Part shown: positions 1 through 9,910 of the stretch, piece after piece
How positions within the stretch are numbered: position 1 is the first letter of the stretch
Layout: each line of letters begins with the position of its first letter
From: Ginkgo biloba
Lineage: Eukaryota; Plantae; Ginkgophyta
Reading direction: 5' to 3'
DNA length: 22,740 bases
Assembly: GCA_024626585.2 (NCBI GenBank)
Contig: JANKJI020000004.1
Location: 140,007,597-140,030,336, forward strand
Made by a program: the position numbers and the translations under genes
Notes under the pieces: generated by a model
The model's input: the letters and a program-made list of their open reading frames with translations, nothing else
Databases searched by the model: none
Told to the model about the DNA's origin: nothing

Positions 1-89
1 CTGAATTGACTATTATTCTTGTAGTGTTAAACTAATGCATATTTTATTAAAATGATCAAAAGTTTGATGAAAACACGAGCATACACTCA

Positions 90-2251
90 AATAGATGACC
101 CTATCCCAATAGCCGTTGACAACCAAACTACAAAGGATATCATCAAATAGACATTGGGCAACTTTGTGAATGTGGATGATGACCTCTCACCACAAGATTG
201 GTAGGTTTCCAGTGGCTCAGATTAGTGTCCTTTGGGATCCTTTCTACCCTAGGGGGGGTTTGTATGGCCCCCTAGAAGGACCCTCATGCTCCTCTAAGAT
301 GTACCTTTCATTTGCATATATCTTATCTCACACTTGTTGCACTTTATGTAAAATTTTTTGGTCAAAGCTATCTTCCAGGTCTTAACTTTGTTGCTAGAGT
401 GACTAGAAGCACTTCCTTGGCTATAACATTTATGCACACCATTGCATTCCCATTAGCCGCTCTTTGGTCACTTACGGACATTAATATACTTTCCTTTCAT
501 TTCATTTTATTGCCATCTCAACTTCTACTTTTTTGGTCTAGTCCTAGCCTGCTTGGAGTTGTTCAACACTTATTATATGCTCCTATTGGAAGTTCTCTGA
601 CCTCTCTTGATCTTGTATGGCTTGATGTTGAATCCTCTCAAGCCCTTGCAACTTCTCCCAAACAACCATATGACTTGCAATCTCATATCATCCTTTGTTG
701 GCACCCATTGCAATTTGCGAAGATCATAAAAATAGATCTACCTCATGTGGGACTTCCAACTCCTTCAGTCCTAATGTATTTACTATTTGTATATATAATG
801 CCCATGCTTCCTTGCAAGAAGTTGTTTTAGCCTCACCCCATAGCATGCCAATGCCTTCTTCATTACTTTAGCTTGTAGATGAGTCTTCGCTTCCCAAGCA
901 AATGCATGCCTCAACTTTTGTAAAAGTTGCAAGGCTTCCTCCAATGCCTCGAACAACTAGTCAAATAACTTCTCTTGATGCTAATGTTATGGCTCTAGAG
1001 TCGTATTTAGAGAAGTTGAAGGTTTTCTCAACATAGTAAATCTAAGATGAAGTTGCTAGTTGTTACAACCTAGAAAAGTTGGGTGAATCTTATCTTGAGA
1101 AAGGGGAAAAGGGTAAGTTTTTCCTTAGAGGCCAATTCATGTGTATTGTAGCAATTACTTAGTTGCCTCCTTAAAGTTGAGAGGATAGAAAAATGAGTGA
1201 ACGNNNNNNNNNNNNNNNNNNNNNNNNNNNNNNNNNNNNNNNNNNNNNNNNNNNNNNNNNNNNNNNNNNNNNNNNNNNNNNNNNNNNNNNNNNNNNNNNN
1301 NNNATTCTTTATCATGACTTAACCATGAAAGAGTGGCTTGCCAAGATGGGGTTGCAGAATGCCAATTATCCCTTCTATGACTATCCTGAGTCAATCAAAC
1401 ACCTTTTCTAGTTTTTCCCCTAAGCCAAGAAGTTATGGCACTAAGAACATAATTTTATGGCTAAAATTGGTATCAAATATTTTAGCTAGGGGTAGGCCCT
1501 ATTGGGCAACATGGCTCATTGGNNNNNNNNNNNNNNNNNNNNNNNNNNNNNNNNNNNNNNNNNNNNNNNNNNNNNNGGGTGGATGTCTTATCCCAAATTT
1601 GGAAAGCTCAAAATGAGGCTATTTTTAATGAGAATTCAATGACTTGTATCTCTAACGACCTTATTTAATGTATCATTGCTAATTTTATTGTACAAATTAA
1701 AGTGTAAGAAGAGAAATTCTAGTTGGATTTGCAATACCTCCTAGAGATCATTAACCATTGGGGGTCTATCCCTTGCATCCCTAGTCGATTTCCCCCCAAA
1801 ACCTTCTTCCCCATGGCATAGAGACGGTAGTAGGAGAAGAAATCAGGGCTCTAAGAGGCCTAACAATGCATAGTCTAGGCCTCCTAGTGCTAGTCACTCC
1901 CCGCAGCCCCCAAATTCTAAAGGAAACATTGGGGGTGGGAATTGATGCCCACTATGGAGCTTTCCATTCATCACGCAGGCCTCCTCTAAATGATAGTTGG
2001 GGGGAAGAAGGTGGAATTCCACCACTGTAATGATTCATGGTCATGATTCTAGATCCGCTCTTTTGATACTAATTATGTTTTTATGATGACTTTATGATGC
2101 ACACTCATGGTGCATTGCACCCATTTTGATGTAACCTGCATAGTAGGAGTGGGCATGCCTTTTGTTCTTGCTGCCCTATTGTGTTGTATGATATAATTTT
2201 TCCAACTTTTGAATAGAAGAAGAAATACATTTTTGCAACAAAAAAGAAAAA
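90..2251 (+). mobile_element. Degenerate L1-type LINE retrotransposon (LINE-A), 3' end with A-rich tail
   Basis: Weak ORF1-like motifs at ~90-430 (TLGNFVNVD; RFPVAQISVLWDP resembling ARICVxxD); possible endonuclease start at ~1048-1160 (VASCYNLEKLG...IVAI); clear zf-RVT and ORF2 C-terminus at 1304-1632; ends in catttttgcaacAAAAAAGAAAAA at 2228-2251. The 5' boundary is uncertain. Confidence 0.75.
1304..1632 (+). pseudogene. LINE ORF2 C-terminal zinc-binding (zf-RVT) region, degenerate
   Basis: ILYHDLTMKEWLAKMGLQNANYPFYDYPESIKHLF*FFP*AKKLW matches ILHxxLPxxxWLxxxGxxxxxCPFCxxxESIxHLFxxCxxAxxxW, with Cys-to-Tyr G>A decay; DVLSQIWKAQNEAIFN matches LWxIWKARNxxIF. Confidence 0.85.
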
Positions 2252-2605
2252 GTTACGAGTACATCTATTGTCGACCAAAATAATGGGGTCCAACACATTA
2301 ATCTTCCCTCTGATGACAAACAATCCAACATCAACAAATCTTTTAAATAGTCTTAAGCTTACTCCTTAAGGAAGAGCCTTCTTGGAGTTTTTCTCCTTGC
2401 ACACCACTGATACTGTTCACTTCTCTTACTTGATAAGGATAAGACCTCCTTGGATGGTATGCCCTAGATTTAAAACACTTCATGTGCAACATGATCTTCC
2501 TTCTTTTGAGAGGGTTTCTCCCCTTTTTGCCTCCCTTTATTCTGAAAGCACTTCGTGCTTCGATTTCAATGATTGCTTTCTCCAGTCGCTTGCGAAGTCT
2601 ATGTG

Positions 2606-2709
2606 GTTCCAACTTCTTCATAATATTAGTTCGAAGTATTATCCATCCCCTGTGAAGCCCGTGCTGTTCCAACTTCTTCGTAATACTAGTTTGAAGTATT
2701 ATGCATCCC
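2606..2709. repeat. Direct duplication of a 44-bp unit (60-bp period) containing a small hairpin
   Basis: 2606-2649 versus 2666-2709, 40/44 identical; copy 2 contains TAATACT-N7-AGTATTA (2681-2701). Confidence 0.9.
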
Positions 2710-2859
2710 AACCCATCCGATGACTTAGGAAAATTCATAGCCATTTAGCAACTCGCAAGGAAGGGAATGTATCTCTTGCAGGGAGTCTTTGATCCTACAA
2801 AGCGACCACCACGATTAAGAACAAACCCCCTAGAAGCACCTATTCCAAATGGGCCCAAA

Positions 2860-2934
2860 TCGAACCTCGTTCGATCCATAAACATGTACAATCCCATCTC
2901 TGAGTGGGACCACTTGACCAATCTCATGAACTTG
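2860..2934 (-). pseudogene. atp1: Fragment of mitochondrial ATP synthase subunit alpha (25 codons near the N-terminus)
   Basis: Translates QVHEIGQVVPLRDGIVHVYGSNEVR versus plant mitochondrial Atp1 QVDEIGRVVSVGDGIARVYGLNEIQ; DNA caagttcatgagattggtcaagtggtcccactcagagatgggattgtacatgtttatggatcgaacgag aligns without gaps to atp1 as I recall it, and many differences are CG transitions. Confidence 0.85.
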
Positions 2935-4139
2935 TCTAAGATGATGGTTTCTTACCAAGCTTATAAAATGACTTCTTGAACTTAGGTAACTTTGTCTTTT
3001 GCTAAAAGGGTTTCTTGAGCTTGATCCCTTGTTTGTNNNNNNNNNNGCCACTTCAATTTGTATGGCACAAGTGACGACATTTTCCATCATGGTAGGTCTA
3101 GTGACCACCACTCCATGCCTGATATGGGGTTTCAATCAGTTTATAGAATTGTACACTCTATATCTCATGTGCAAAACTAATAATCATGCAAAGAGTCCAT
3201 CCAACTTATCATTGTACTCGTAAATTGAATTGCTTTGCATCAAGCCTACTTCACAATAGGCTTCCTATATGTCATTTTTGGTGCATAGTTTTTTAACATT
3301 ATTACCTTCTTATCCTTCTAGGTTTCAATTGGTGGTCATATTTCGGCCTCTCTTTTTTTGGAATGTCATTCCACTACTCTCAAGCTAGCCCATTGAGAGT
3401 AAAAGTCACGATGATCACCTTATTTTCATCTAATATATCAAAAAATTTGAAAATGATTTCTAGAGTCCTACAGTGGAAATGAAGACCCTAATCCTCTTAC
3501 TATCAAAATGTGGCACCTGCATATTCTTCAATTGCTTGACATTTCTAAGCAGTTTCCATTCTCTCTTAGCCTGTTTATACCTCAATTCCTCTTTTTGAGT
3601 CTTCTTATTCACTTTGTATCTCCTCATCATTAGATTATGTCGAGTCTCCCTCTTCTTGGTCATCAAAGCTTTGGTCTACGAATGACTTTGGTTTTTCTCT
3701 TTTCTATCTCTACTCATAGATAAGAATGAGTTTCTTGGTTGTTTGTTGTTGCTCTTCATTTCTTTTCATAAGTTCATACATGCTTGCTAGAATATTTCAA
3801 ATTTTGTACTCCACAGCTTTAGCATGGGATAAATCTTCCCTCACCTTCGCGCTCTTACATCGCAATAATAACTTCGTTATCTATACCTACAAGNNNNNNN
3901 NNNNNNNNNNNNNNNNNNNNNNNNNNNNNNNNNNNNNNNNNNNNNNNNNNNNNNNNNNNNNGAAAGTAGCATAAGTGTAGAAAATCCATTAATGGCCTTG
4001 GGGATGACCTTAAAGGCTTATTGTGTTGGCAGTCAACCTTTAGTTGCATACTCCCTATGCAAGCATCAAAGCCTAGCAGTTATGACTACTCTACTAGAAC
4101 CCACCTCTTTACTTGACATCAATAATGGTACAAGACCTC

Positions 4140-4420
4140 ACCTATCCTTTCAACCCCTCTTTTGCAACCAGAGTCCTAAGAAGGCTATGCCCTTAGCTAG
4201 CAACACTTATCTATATTTATTTTGGTACCTTAGTTGTGGGTATCCTTTTAGCCCATTATATTGATTAATGGTACCTATAGTTAATAGTTTCATGTGTATC
4301 CTTTCAACCTAATAGCCACTCATAAAACATGGGCACCTTTCAACCCTATGGCTAATAGTTCAATGGGTAGCCTTTCAACCCAATTGGCATACATATTATT
4401 GATTATATTTTCAACCCTTT
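4140..4420. repeat. Degenerate spaced repeat, consensus ATGGGTATCCTTTCAACCC, about 6 copies
   Basis: Copies near 4140, 4236, 4292, 4329, 4363 and 4404, separated by non-identical sequence. Confidence 0.7.
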
Positions 4421-5399
4421 TTGCTAGCTTACAAATAATGGCCCATAAAGCATAAAAATAACTAGCAATAATTTCCCCCTATGGACATCCACTACTTCTT
4501 ATGCCACCTAATGGTAGACCTANNNNNNNNNNCAAAGGATAGATTAAAAATCAACAAGTATGCATTAAAACAAGGTTCCCAAGTCTAACAACATGCAATT
4601 CATCCATGCTTACACATGAACCAACAAAAAACCTCCTGGAAAACATCTAGAAAGAGAGGCCTTATCCAAAGCAATTTTTTATGCATTTATTACAGCAAAA
4701 CAGATCTAAAATAATGCATTGCATCTAAAGCATGCTTAGGCACTTACATTTGTAGGGTTGACTTACCTTATGAAACCCTCAAATAATNNNNNNNNNNNNN
4801 NNNNNACGGATTAGAATTTTCCACAAATGAACTTGGAACCGTAGTGCTCTGGAAATCAACAAAAAACTAGTATCAAAAGGACCTCCTAAGAAGGATGACC
4901 CATTCTAGATAGGTTTCTGTCACCTTTCTAGGGTTCCTTCGTGTCTTTACGACTACAACTTGGACAAAGATTAGTGCCAAAGTTAGGCATCTAACTAGGA
5001 AATACTTTGTCCTCCTCTTTCAAGCCAAAATTAAATCTTATGAGGTGTCTTCTAATCCAAAAGGCAACATCTATACAATTTGAATTTTCTTTGAAGAAAG
5101 CCAAATATTGCCAGGCCAAACCTTGGGCATTCTAGTCCTTCCTTGAATTGGTTAGGCTTAATGAGATCACCCTGGCTCCCAACTGGCAACCCATGGAGCT
5201 ATGCCACATGCTACTTCCTTATTGAGAGCACCCAATACTAGGTTATTGCATTATTGCATGATACTTTTGCCCCTTGATTGGTCATGTTTGTTCCCAGAGG
5301 TGCCACAAGTAGATGTAGGGCCACTTACTACCCTCCTCACTTATTTCCCCATCTTTTATCTTTCTTATGGTCAAATTAGCTTCATTTGACAAGCCTATA

Positions 5400-6854
5400 A
5401 CGAAGGCCTCCATTGAATATGTTAAAGCATGTGCTGCACTTTAACCATTAAAGAGTGTGCCTTTGCCTTAGAGACATGGCCAAGGAAAAGCACCTGGTAT
5501 TGATCGCTTAGCTTATGAGTCTTACAATAGGGAAGCCCTTAAGAAGGAATCATCAGGATTCCTTATCAATCAAGCTAGTATTAAGCTTATCCTAAAGCCC
5601 GAGAATCTAGAGCTTATTAGTAACTAGAGACCAATAACCTTATTGAATGTCTCTTACAAGACCCTGCCAAAGCCCTTGTTAAATATGTTGAAGTTTTGTT
5701 TCTTATGATTGTCAAACCTTAGCATATGCGTTTTATTGAAATAAGGTACATTCTAGACAACCTCATAGGGGTTTGAGAAAGGATGGAATAGGCCATGCAC
5801 AGTACGCAAGAGATTTAGTTCATGAAAAATGACTTTAAGAAAACTGGTGGTATGCTTCGGTAAGACTTTATCCTCTTTATATTGGATGACTTTGGGCTTG
5901 GTCCTTTCTTTCCAACAACTTTTGGAATACTATTTACAGATGCCACAACCTATAAAAACACCAACATTATCAGGTCTTCTCCATTTGGCCTCTTTAGATC
6001 CATAAGGCAAGGTTGCCCTTTAGCCCNNNNNNNNNNNNNNNNNNNNNNNNNNNNNNNNTCGGTGCTCTGGGATACCTCATCAGCGATTAAGTCTTTTAGC
6101 TCACTAGAGATCATCAAATGGTTAATAGATGCTTTGTTGAAGATTCTTTCCTCAGCATCCAAGCTAAAGAAAATGATGTGCAAGAAGCTATCAAGTGTAT
6201 AGAAACCTTCTGTAATGCCTTTGGGTAATGCAATGGAAGAAACACCTCATGCTATCTATTCAATTCCATGGGCACTCTAAAGTGGGCAATGAAGTTTGAT
6301 CAAGTGTGGATCTCACTAGAGATATTTTCAACTTTTTCTAAAATCGTTTGGGTTTCAAGCCTCCATGGGTGACATGTGGCAATATGTTGTGGATACAGTG
6401 GAAAATAAGCTTTTTTGTTAGACCTCCAGACCAATAAACCTTCCTACTAGAAAGCAAATATATAGCCACTAAAATCTTCATTACCAGTCATGTATTGTTC
6501 CTCTTGTTGAGTGCCCTCACACAATGCATACAATAACCAATCTAGCTCATCAAATATTTTATTTGGGGCTCTACGAAAGTAAAAAAATGTATTTCACAAA
6601 GTTAAAAAAGGGAATATGTTATAAACCCAAAACTAGAGGAGGGTTGGGTATTATGGAGTTGAAAGGGCAAGGCATGGCATTTTGAGCCAAATGAAATATT
6701 CAACCTCTCTTGAGAAATGAAGCTGGCAGTTGTTCATCGACAAAGCATTCAAGTGGGCAATCCCTCAGGTAAGCCTTCTTGGAAAACATTGCTCCTACAT
6801 ACTTTGATCTTGGCCCCTAGTTGTTGCAGGGTTTGTTGTCTTTAAGAGCATATG
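5400..6854 (+). mobile_element. Degenerate L1-type LINE ORF2 reverse transcriptase region (LINE-B)
   Basis: DMAKEK-PGIDRLAYESY; INQASIKLILKPENLELISN*RPITLLNVSYK; RYILDNLIGV*ERME*A; FMKNDFKK; FRSIRQGCPLA; decayed catalytic FVEDS (FADDS) at 6133-6147; ETFCNAFG; KYFIWG; KPKTRGGLGIME. Many stops and frameshifts; probably extends left to ~4900-5000. Confidence 0.92.
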
Positions 6855-7103
6855 NNNNNNNNNNNNNNNNNNNNNNNNNNNNNNNNNNNNNNNNNNNNNN
6901 NNNNNNNNNNNNNNNNNNNNNNNNNNNNNNNNNNNNNNNNNNNNNNNNNNNNNNTATTATATATGTATTTAGTATTTTAATATGAGAGGGATGTAATATT
7001 TTCTTTCCATTGAGTCATCTTGCTCCAACATCCCATTCATTTGCATTGCCTAGGTTGTACAAATTGGTTGACTGACTGCTTCCTTCGGGTTTGTCCATTC
7101 CAA

Positions 7104-7380
7104 TTTCTCCTGCAAGCCTTCTAGATCAGGTCATCCAAATTTCCCTTATGGGTCATTTGGATTAGACCATTCGAATTTTCCCTCTGGTACGTCTAGAACA
7201 GGTCGTTCAATTTCTTGCTCTAGGTTGTCTGGTTTCTCCCTCCGGAGTCAGTTTCTCCCCCCTATCCATATGGAATAGATTGTTTGGTTTCTCCCTCCAG
7301 TCTATCTAGAATGGGACATCTAGTTTCTTCCTCCAAGCCATCCAAAATAGTCCATTCAGTTTCTTCCTCCGGGTCGTCTT
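7104..7380. repeat. Degenerate 36-bp tandem repeat, 8-9 units
   Basis: Units begin with TTTC(T/C)(C/T)C-like motifs at 7104, 7140, 7176, 7211, (7233), 7252, 7288, 7324 and 7360. Confidence 0.8.
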
Positions 7381-7609
7381 GTCTCAACCAACTACTTTTT
7401 ATCAAAATTTGCTTAAGTGATACTACTTGTTGTTGTTTATACCTTTTGCATCCTTCCTTCTTCGATTCTCCATTGGTCCATCCATGCTCTTTCTTCCACA
7501 GTCGTCCATATGCCGATCCATACTCCTTCTGGTGCACATATTCCATTTGTCGGTGAAGTTTGTTTTCTTGGAACTCCCTGTGCACGAAACAAATCAAGAT
7601 GTCCTTTTC

Positions 7610-8735
7610 TTCTGGTGGGTGATACAAATTTTGAGTTTAGAACCATTTGTTGGTCCTTCCCTCTTCGTACCATCCAAATTTGCCAATTGTACTGACCCGT
7701 TTTCAAAAATTGTAATGACTATAAAAGGTCCTAGCCATTTAATTTTCAATTTACCGGGTTTGATCATAGATTTCTAGTCATATAACAATACTCGAGATAT
7801 GAGTTTCATATGTCCACAAATGTTGATCGTGACAATCTTTCATTCTTTTCTGTGCAACGGATGCAGCCCATGGTGCCATCAATCTCTTTTCATCCAACAC
7901 CAAAAGCTTTGCCAACCTTGTTGTTAGGCTAGCCTCATCATCAAGTCTATTTTCTAGGGTGAATTGCAGGCTAGGGATTATGAATTCTAGTGGTATAACT
8001 ACTTCCTATACATACACAAGTTGAAATGTTGTATGTTTTGTTGTAACCTTGTATGTTGTACAAAAATCCGACAATGCAGTAGGAAGTTTATTTGCCTAGT
8101 CTTTCTAATCTATCCCGCATGTTTTATATAGTGTTGCCACTAACACCTTGTTCGTAGCTTCTACTTGACCATTAGCTCTTGGGTAGGATGGGCTTGACTT
8201 CTAGTGGGAGATTTTGAACTCCGAAGTTAAACTGTTGAATCACGTTATTTACGCCGATCACTTGTCAATTTCAGAGGACAACCAAACCATGTAATAATGC
8301 ATTCATATAGAAATTTTGCAATGCTTTGTGCGAAGTTATCAGGTAAGGCACGGGCTTCAACCCACTTTGTCAAATACTTTGTTGCCACTATAATATATCT
8401 CTTCCAACCTCTCATGGATGGGATTCTTGAAAGGACCTATGAAGTCTAGACTCCAATGCTCAAACAATTATTGTGAGAGGATAGGATGACAGGGCATAAA
8501 ATCCTTCTTTAACAATTTCCCCATTCTTTGGCATATATCTCACATGTCTTTACAATCTGCTTTGAATCTTGAAAGACCTTGGGCCACCATAACTCTACTA
8601 GTAGAATTTATCTTGCAATCAACTTGTGTCCAACATGCCCACCAGAAGGTCCAACATGAGCTTCTAGTATAAGCTTTTCCATTTCATGCAGCATGATGCA
8701 CCTCTACAAAACTTGGTCTAGTCCCATTTTAATTG
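7610..8735 (-). pseudogene. Gypsy integrase (H2C2 zinc domain, rve core, GPF motif), degenerate
   Basis: EAHVGPSGGHVG...LWWP...KTCE-CQRMG; FEHWSLDFIGPF; YIIVATKYLTKWVEARALPDN; CIITWFGCP; SSPSYPRANGQVEATNK; TTYKVTTKHTTFQLVY; PGKLKIKWLGPF; TNGSKLK. Confidence 0.95.
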
Positions 8736-8849
8736 ATAGTTTGTAGTTGATTCATTGAAATGATCCAACTTCTTGCCAACTCCTCGAGAAATGTTCCTAT
8801 TAATAGGAGATCGATGATGCCCTAAAACCAACTTGGGACGATGGTCACA

Positions 8850-9150
8850 CTAAACAACTACACATCCAAGAAGTTATCATTGACTCCCGTCATAGGTTCT
8901 CCTAACTCAATTCCAGATAAATGATTTGATGCTACAATGTATTTCCTAGTTGCCCCACTACCTAAATTGAATTCCATAATAGCATTATCCATAAACTCTT
9001 CTATCTATGGTCGATTTGTTGATACATGTAGTTGCTAATAAATAATGACAAAATTTCTAGAGAATGTAAATCACATGTAGACCTTCATGCTTAGTATTAT
9101 AGTTGCATTCTACATTTGTTAGTCATTAGCTTGCAACCTAGACCTATGCA
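8850..9150 (-). pseudogene. Gypsy RNase H C-terminal part and linker, degenerate
   Basis: VAS**LTNVECNYNTKHEGLHVIYIL*KFCHYLLA (consensus ASRQLxxAExNYTTTEREGLxxIYxxxKFRHYLL); WIMLL-EFNL; NHLSGIELGEPMTGVNDNFLD. Confidence 0.85.
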
Positions 9151-9549
9151 CAATAGAAAGAGGGGAAGAAATATGTCTTTGTTTGTCTAGGTTGTGTTTT
9201 TGTCTTTAGTTTTTCCTTCAACTTGTTCTTTAGATTTCACTTTAGCCTAATCATCGACTTTGGATTTAGCTTTCCTCGCAACATATTAATCATTCTCATG
9301 CTTTATTTAATTAATCACCACTTGGAAGCAACTAGGAGAGAACAATTCATAATCCCCAAGTTGTGAATGCAATATACCACTCTTTGAAAGAGAGTTGTCT
9401 ACCAAACATCAATTGAGCANNNNNNNNNNNNNNNNNNNNNNNNNNNNNNNNTGCACCTTTGAACTACGTTTTTATCCTAGGGTGATGCATCATCTTCACT
9501 GTTTCCATCTTCATAATCCAAACACACACTAGATGACATCAATCCTTCA

Positions 9550-9910
9550 CTATCCTGTTTTGCAAATCGATGTATAGTCTTTTCACGTTCTACTTAATAG
9601 TAAGAGTGACACAACCCCAATGTTAAATAGCTCATGCTTGTCTCAACCATGGCCATGCAAGCAGTGCTAAGCATGTCGATTTCTTGCAATACATAAGAAT
9701 CATTACAAAATGCACTTTAATGTTGGACTCACAATGTAATCGACAATCCTTGCACCTCACCATATGCAATATAAATCTTGATAGCCTGAGTATCGGTTGA
9801 TCAAATTGTTTCCATACTATCTCTAAAATTATGTTTTCCTAAATTGTCATCTACAATATTTTGTGACAACTCTCGATCCATTACCTACATGGTGATCTCT
9901 ATCACATGGC
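9550..9910 (-). pseudogene. Gypsy aspartic protease, degenerate
   Basis: IVDDNLG (IVDGGSG), then IILEIVWKQFDQPIL and LLAWPWLRQA*AI*HWGCVTLTI (LLGRPWLRxAxAxxDWxxxTLTI). Confidence 0.75.

Larger units (their letters stand above)
2545..2934 (-). other. Putative NUMT (mitochondrial-derived insert) inside Gypsy gag
   Basis: Contains the atp1 fragment; CpG-rich relative to the CpG-depleted flanking TE; carries small hairpins and a 44-bp duplication. The left boundary is inferred from composition only. Confidence 0.55.
2249..3666 (-). pseudogene. Gypsy gag and aspartic protease, degenerate, interrupted by a mitochondrial-like insert
   Basis: Minus strand: VPHFDS...LEIIFKFFDILDENKVIIVTFTLNGLA*E*WN...PIET*KD...SIYEYNDK...LKPHIR...PTMMENVVTCAIQIE (Retrotrans_gag pattern); decayed zinc knuckle KCFKSRAYHPRRSYP at ~2430-2480; protease LFVIRGKINVLDPIILVDNRCTRNF (consensus ILVDSGxTHNF) at 2323-2249. 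Confidence 0.85.
2249..4790 (-). mobile_element. Ty3/Gypsy LTR retrotransposon relic A (possible LTR/5' UTR, gag, start of protease), truncated by LINE-A
   Basis: gag and protease motifs at 2249-3530; 3960-4790 is non-coding with a degenerate repeat and LTR-like composition. No PBS or LTR pair is visible, so the right boundary is approximate. Confidence 0.7.

Noticed and set aside
312-830. 172-aa plus-strand ORF as a host gene
   Set aside because: Lies within the LINE-A ORF1 region, has no recognisable domain and carries the TE decay signature.
1204-1303. Apparent deletion of EN and RT in LINE-A
   Set aside because: A 100-N gap of unknown size lies exactly there and may hide most of ORF2.
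2057-2075. gctcttttgatactaatt as a reverse-complement tRNA-Met primer-binding site
   Set aside because: Imperfect match to gctctgatacca, and it lies within the LINE 3' region with no adjacent LTR.
2830-3135. In-frame Gag-Atp1 fusion protein
   Set aside because: The frame crosses an N run, upstream gag has several stops and frameshifts, and the frame ends shortly after the atp1 piece; an in-frame junction arises by chance about one time in three.
4140-4420. Repeat-spacer pattern as a CRISPR array
   Set aside because: Repeats are degenerate and irregularly spaced, the context is a plant retrotransposon, and there are no cas genes.
6980-7000. gagagggatgtaat as PPT plus LTR start on the plus strand
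   Set aside because: Orientation is opposite to the adjacent Gypsy, no LTR sequence follows, and it is too short to support.
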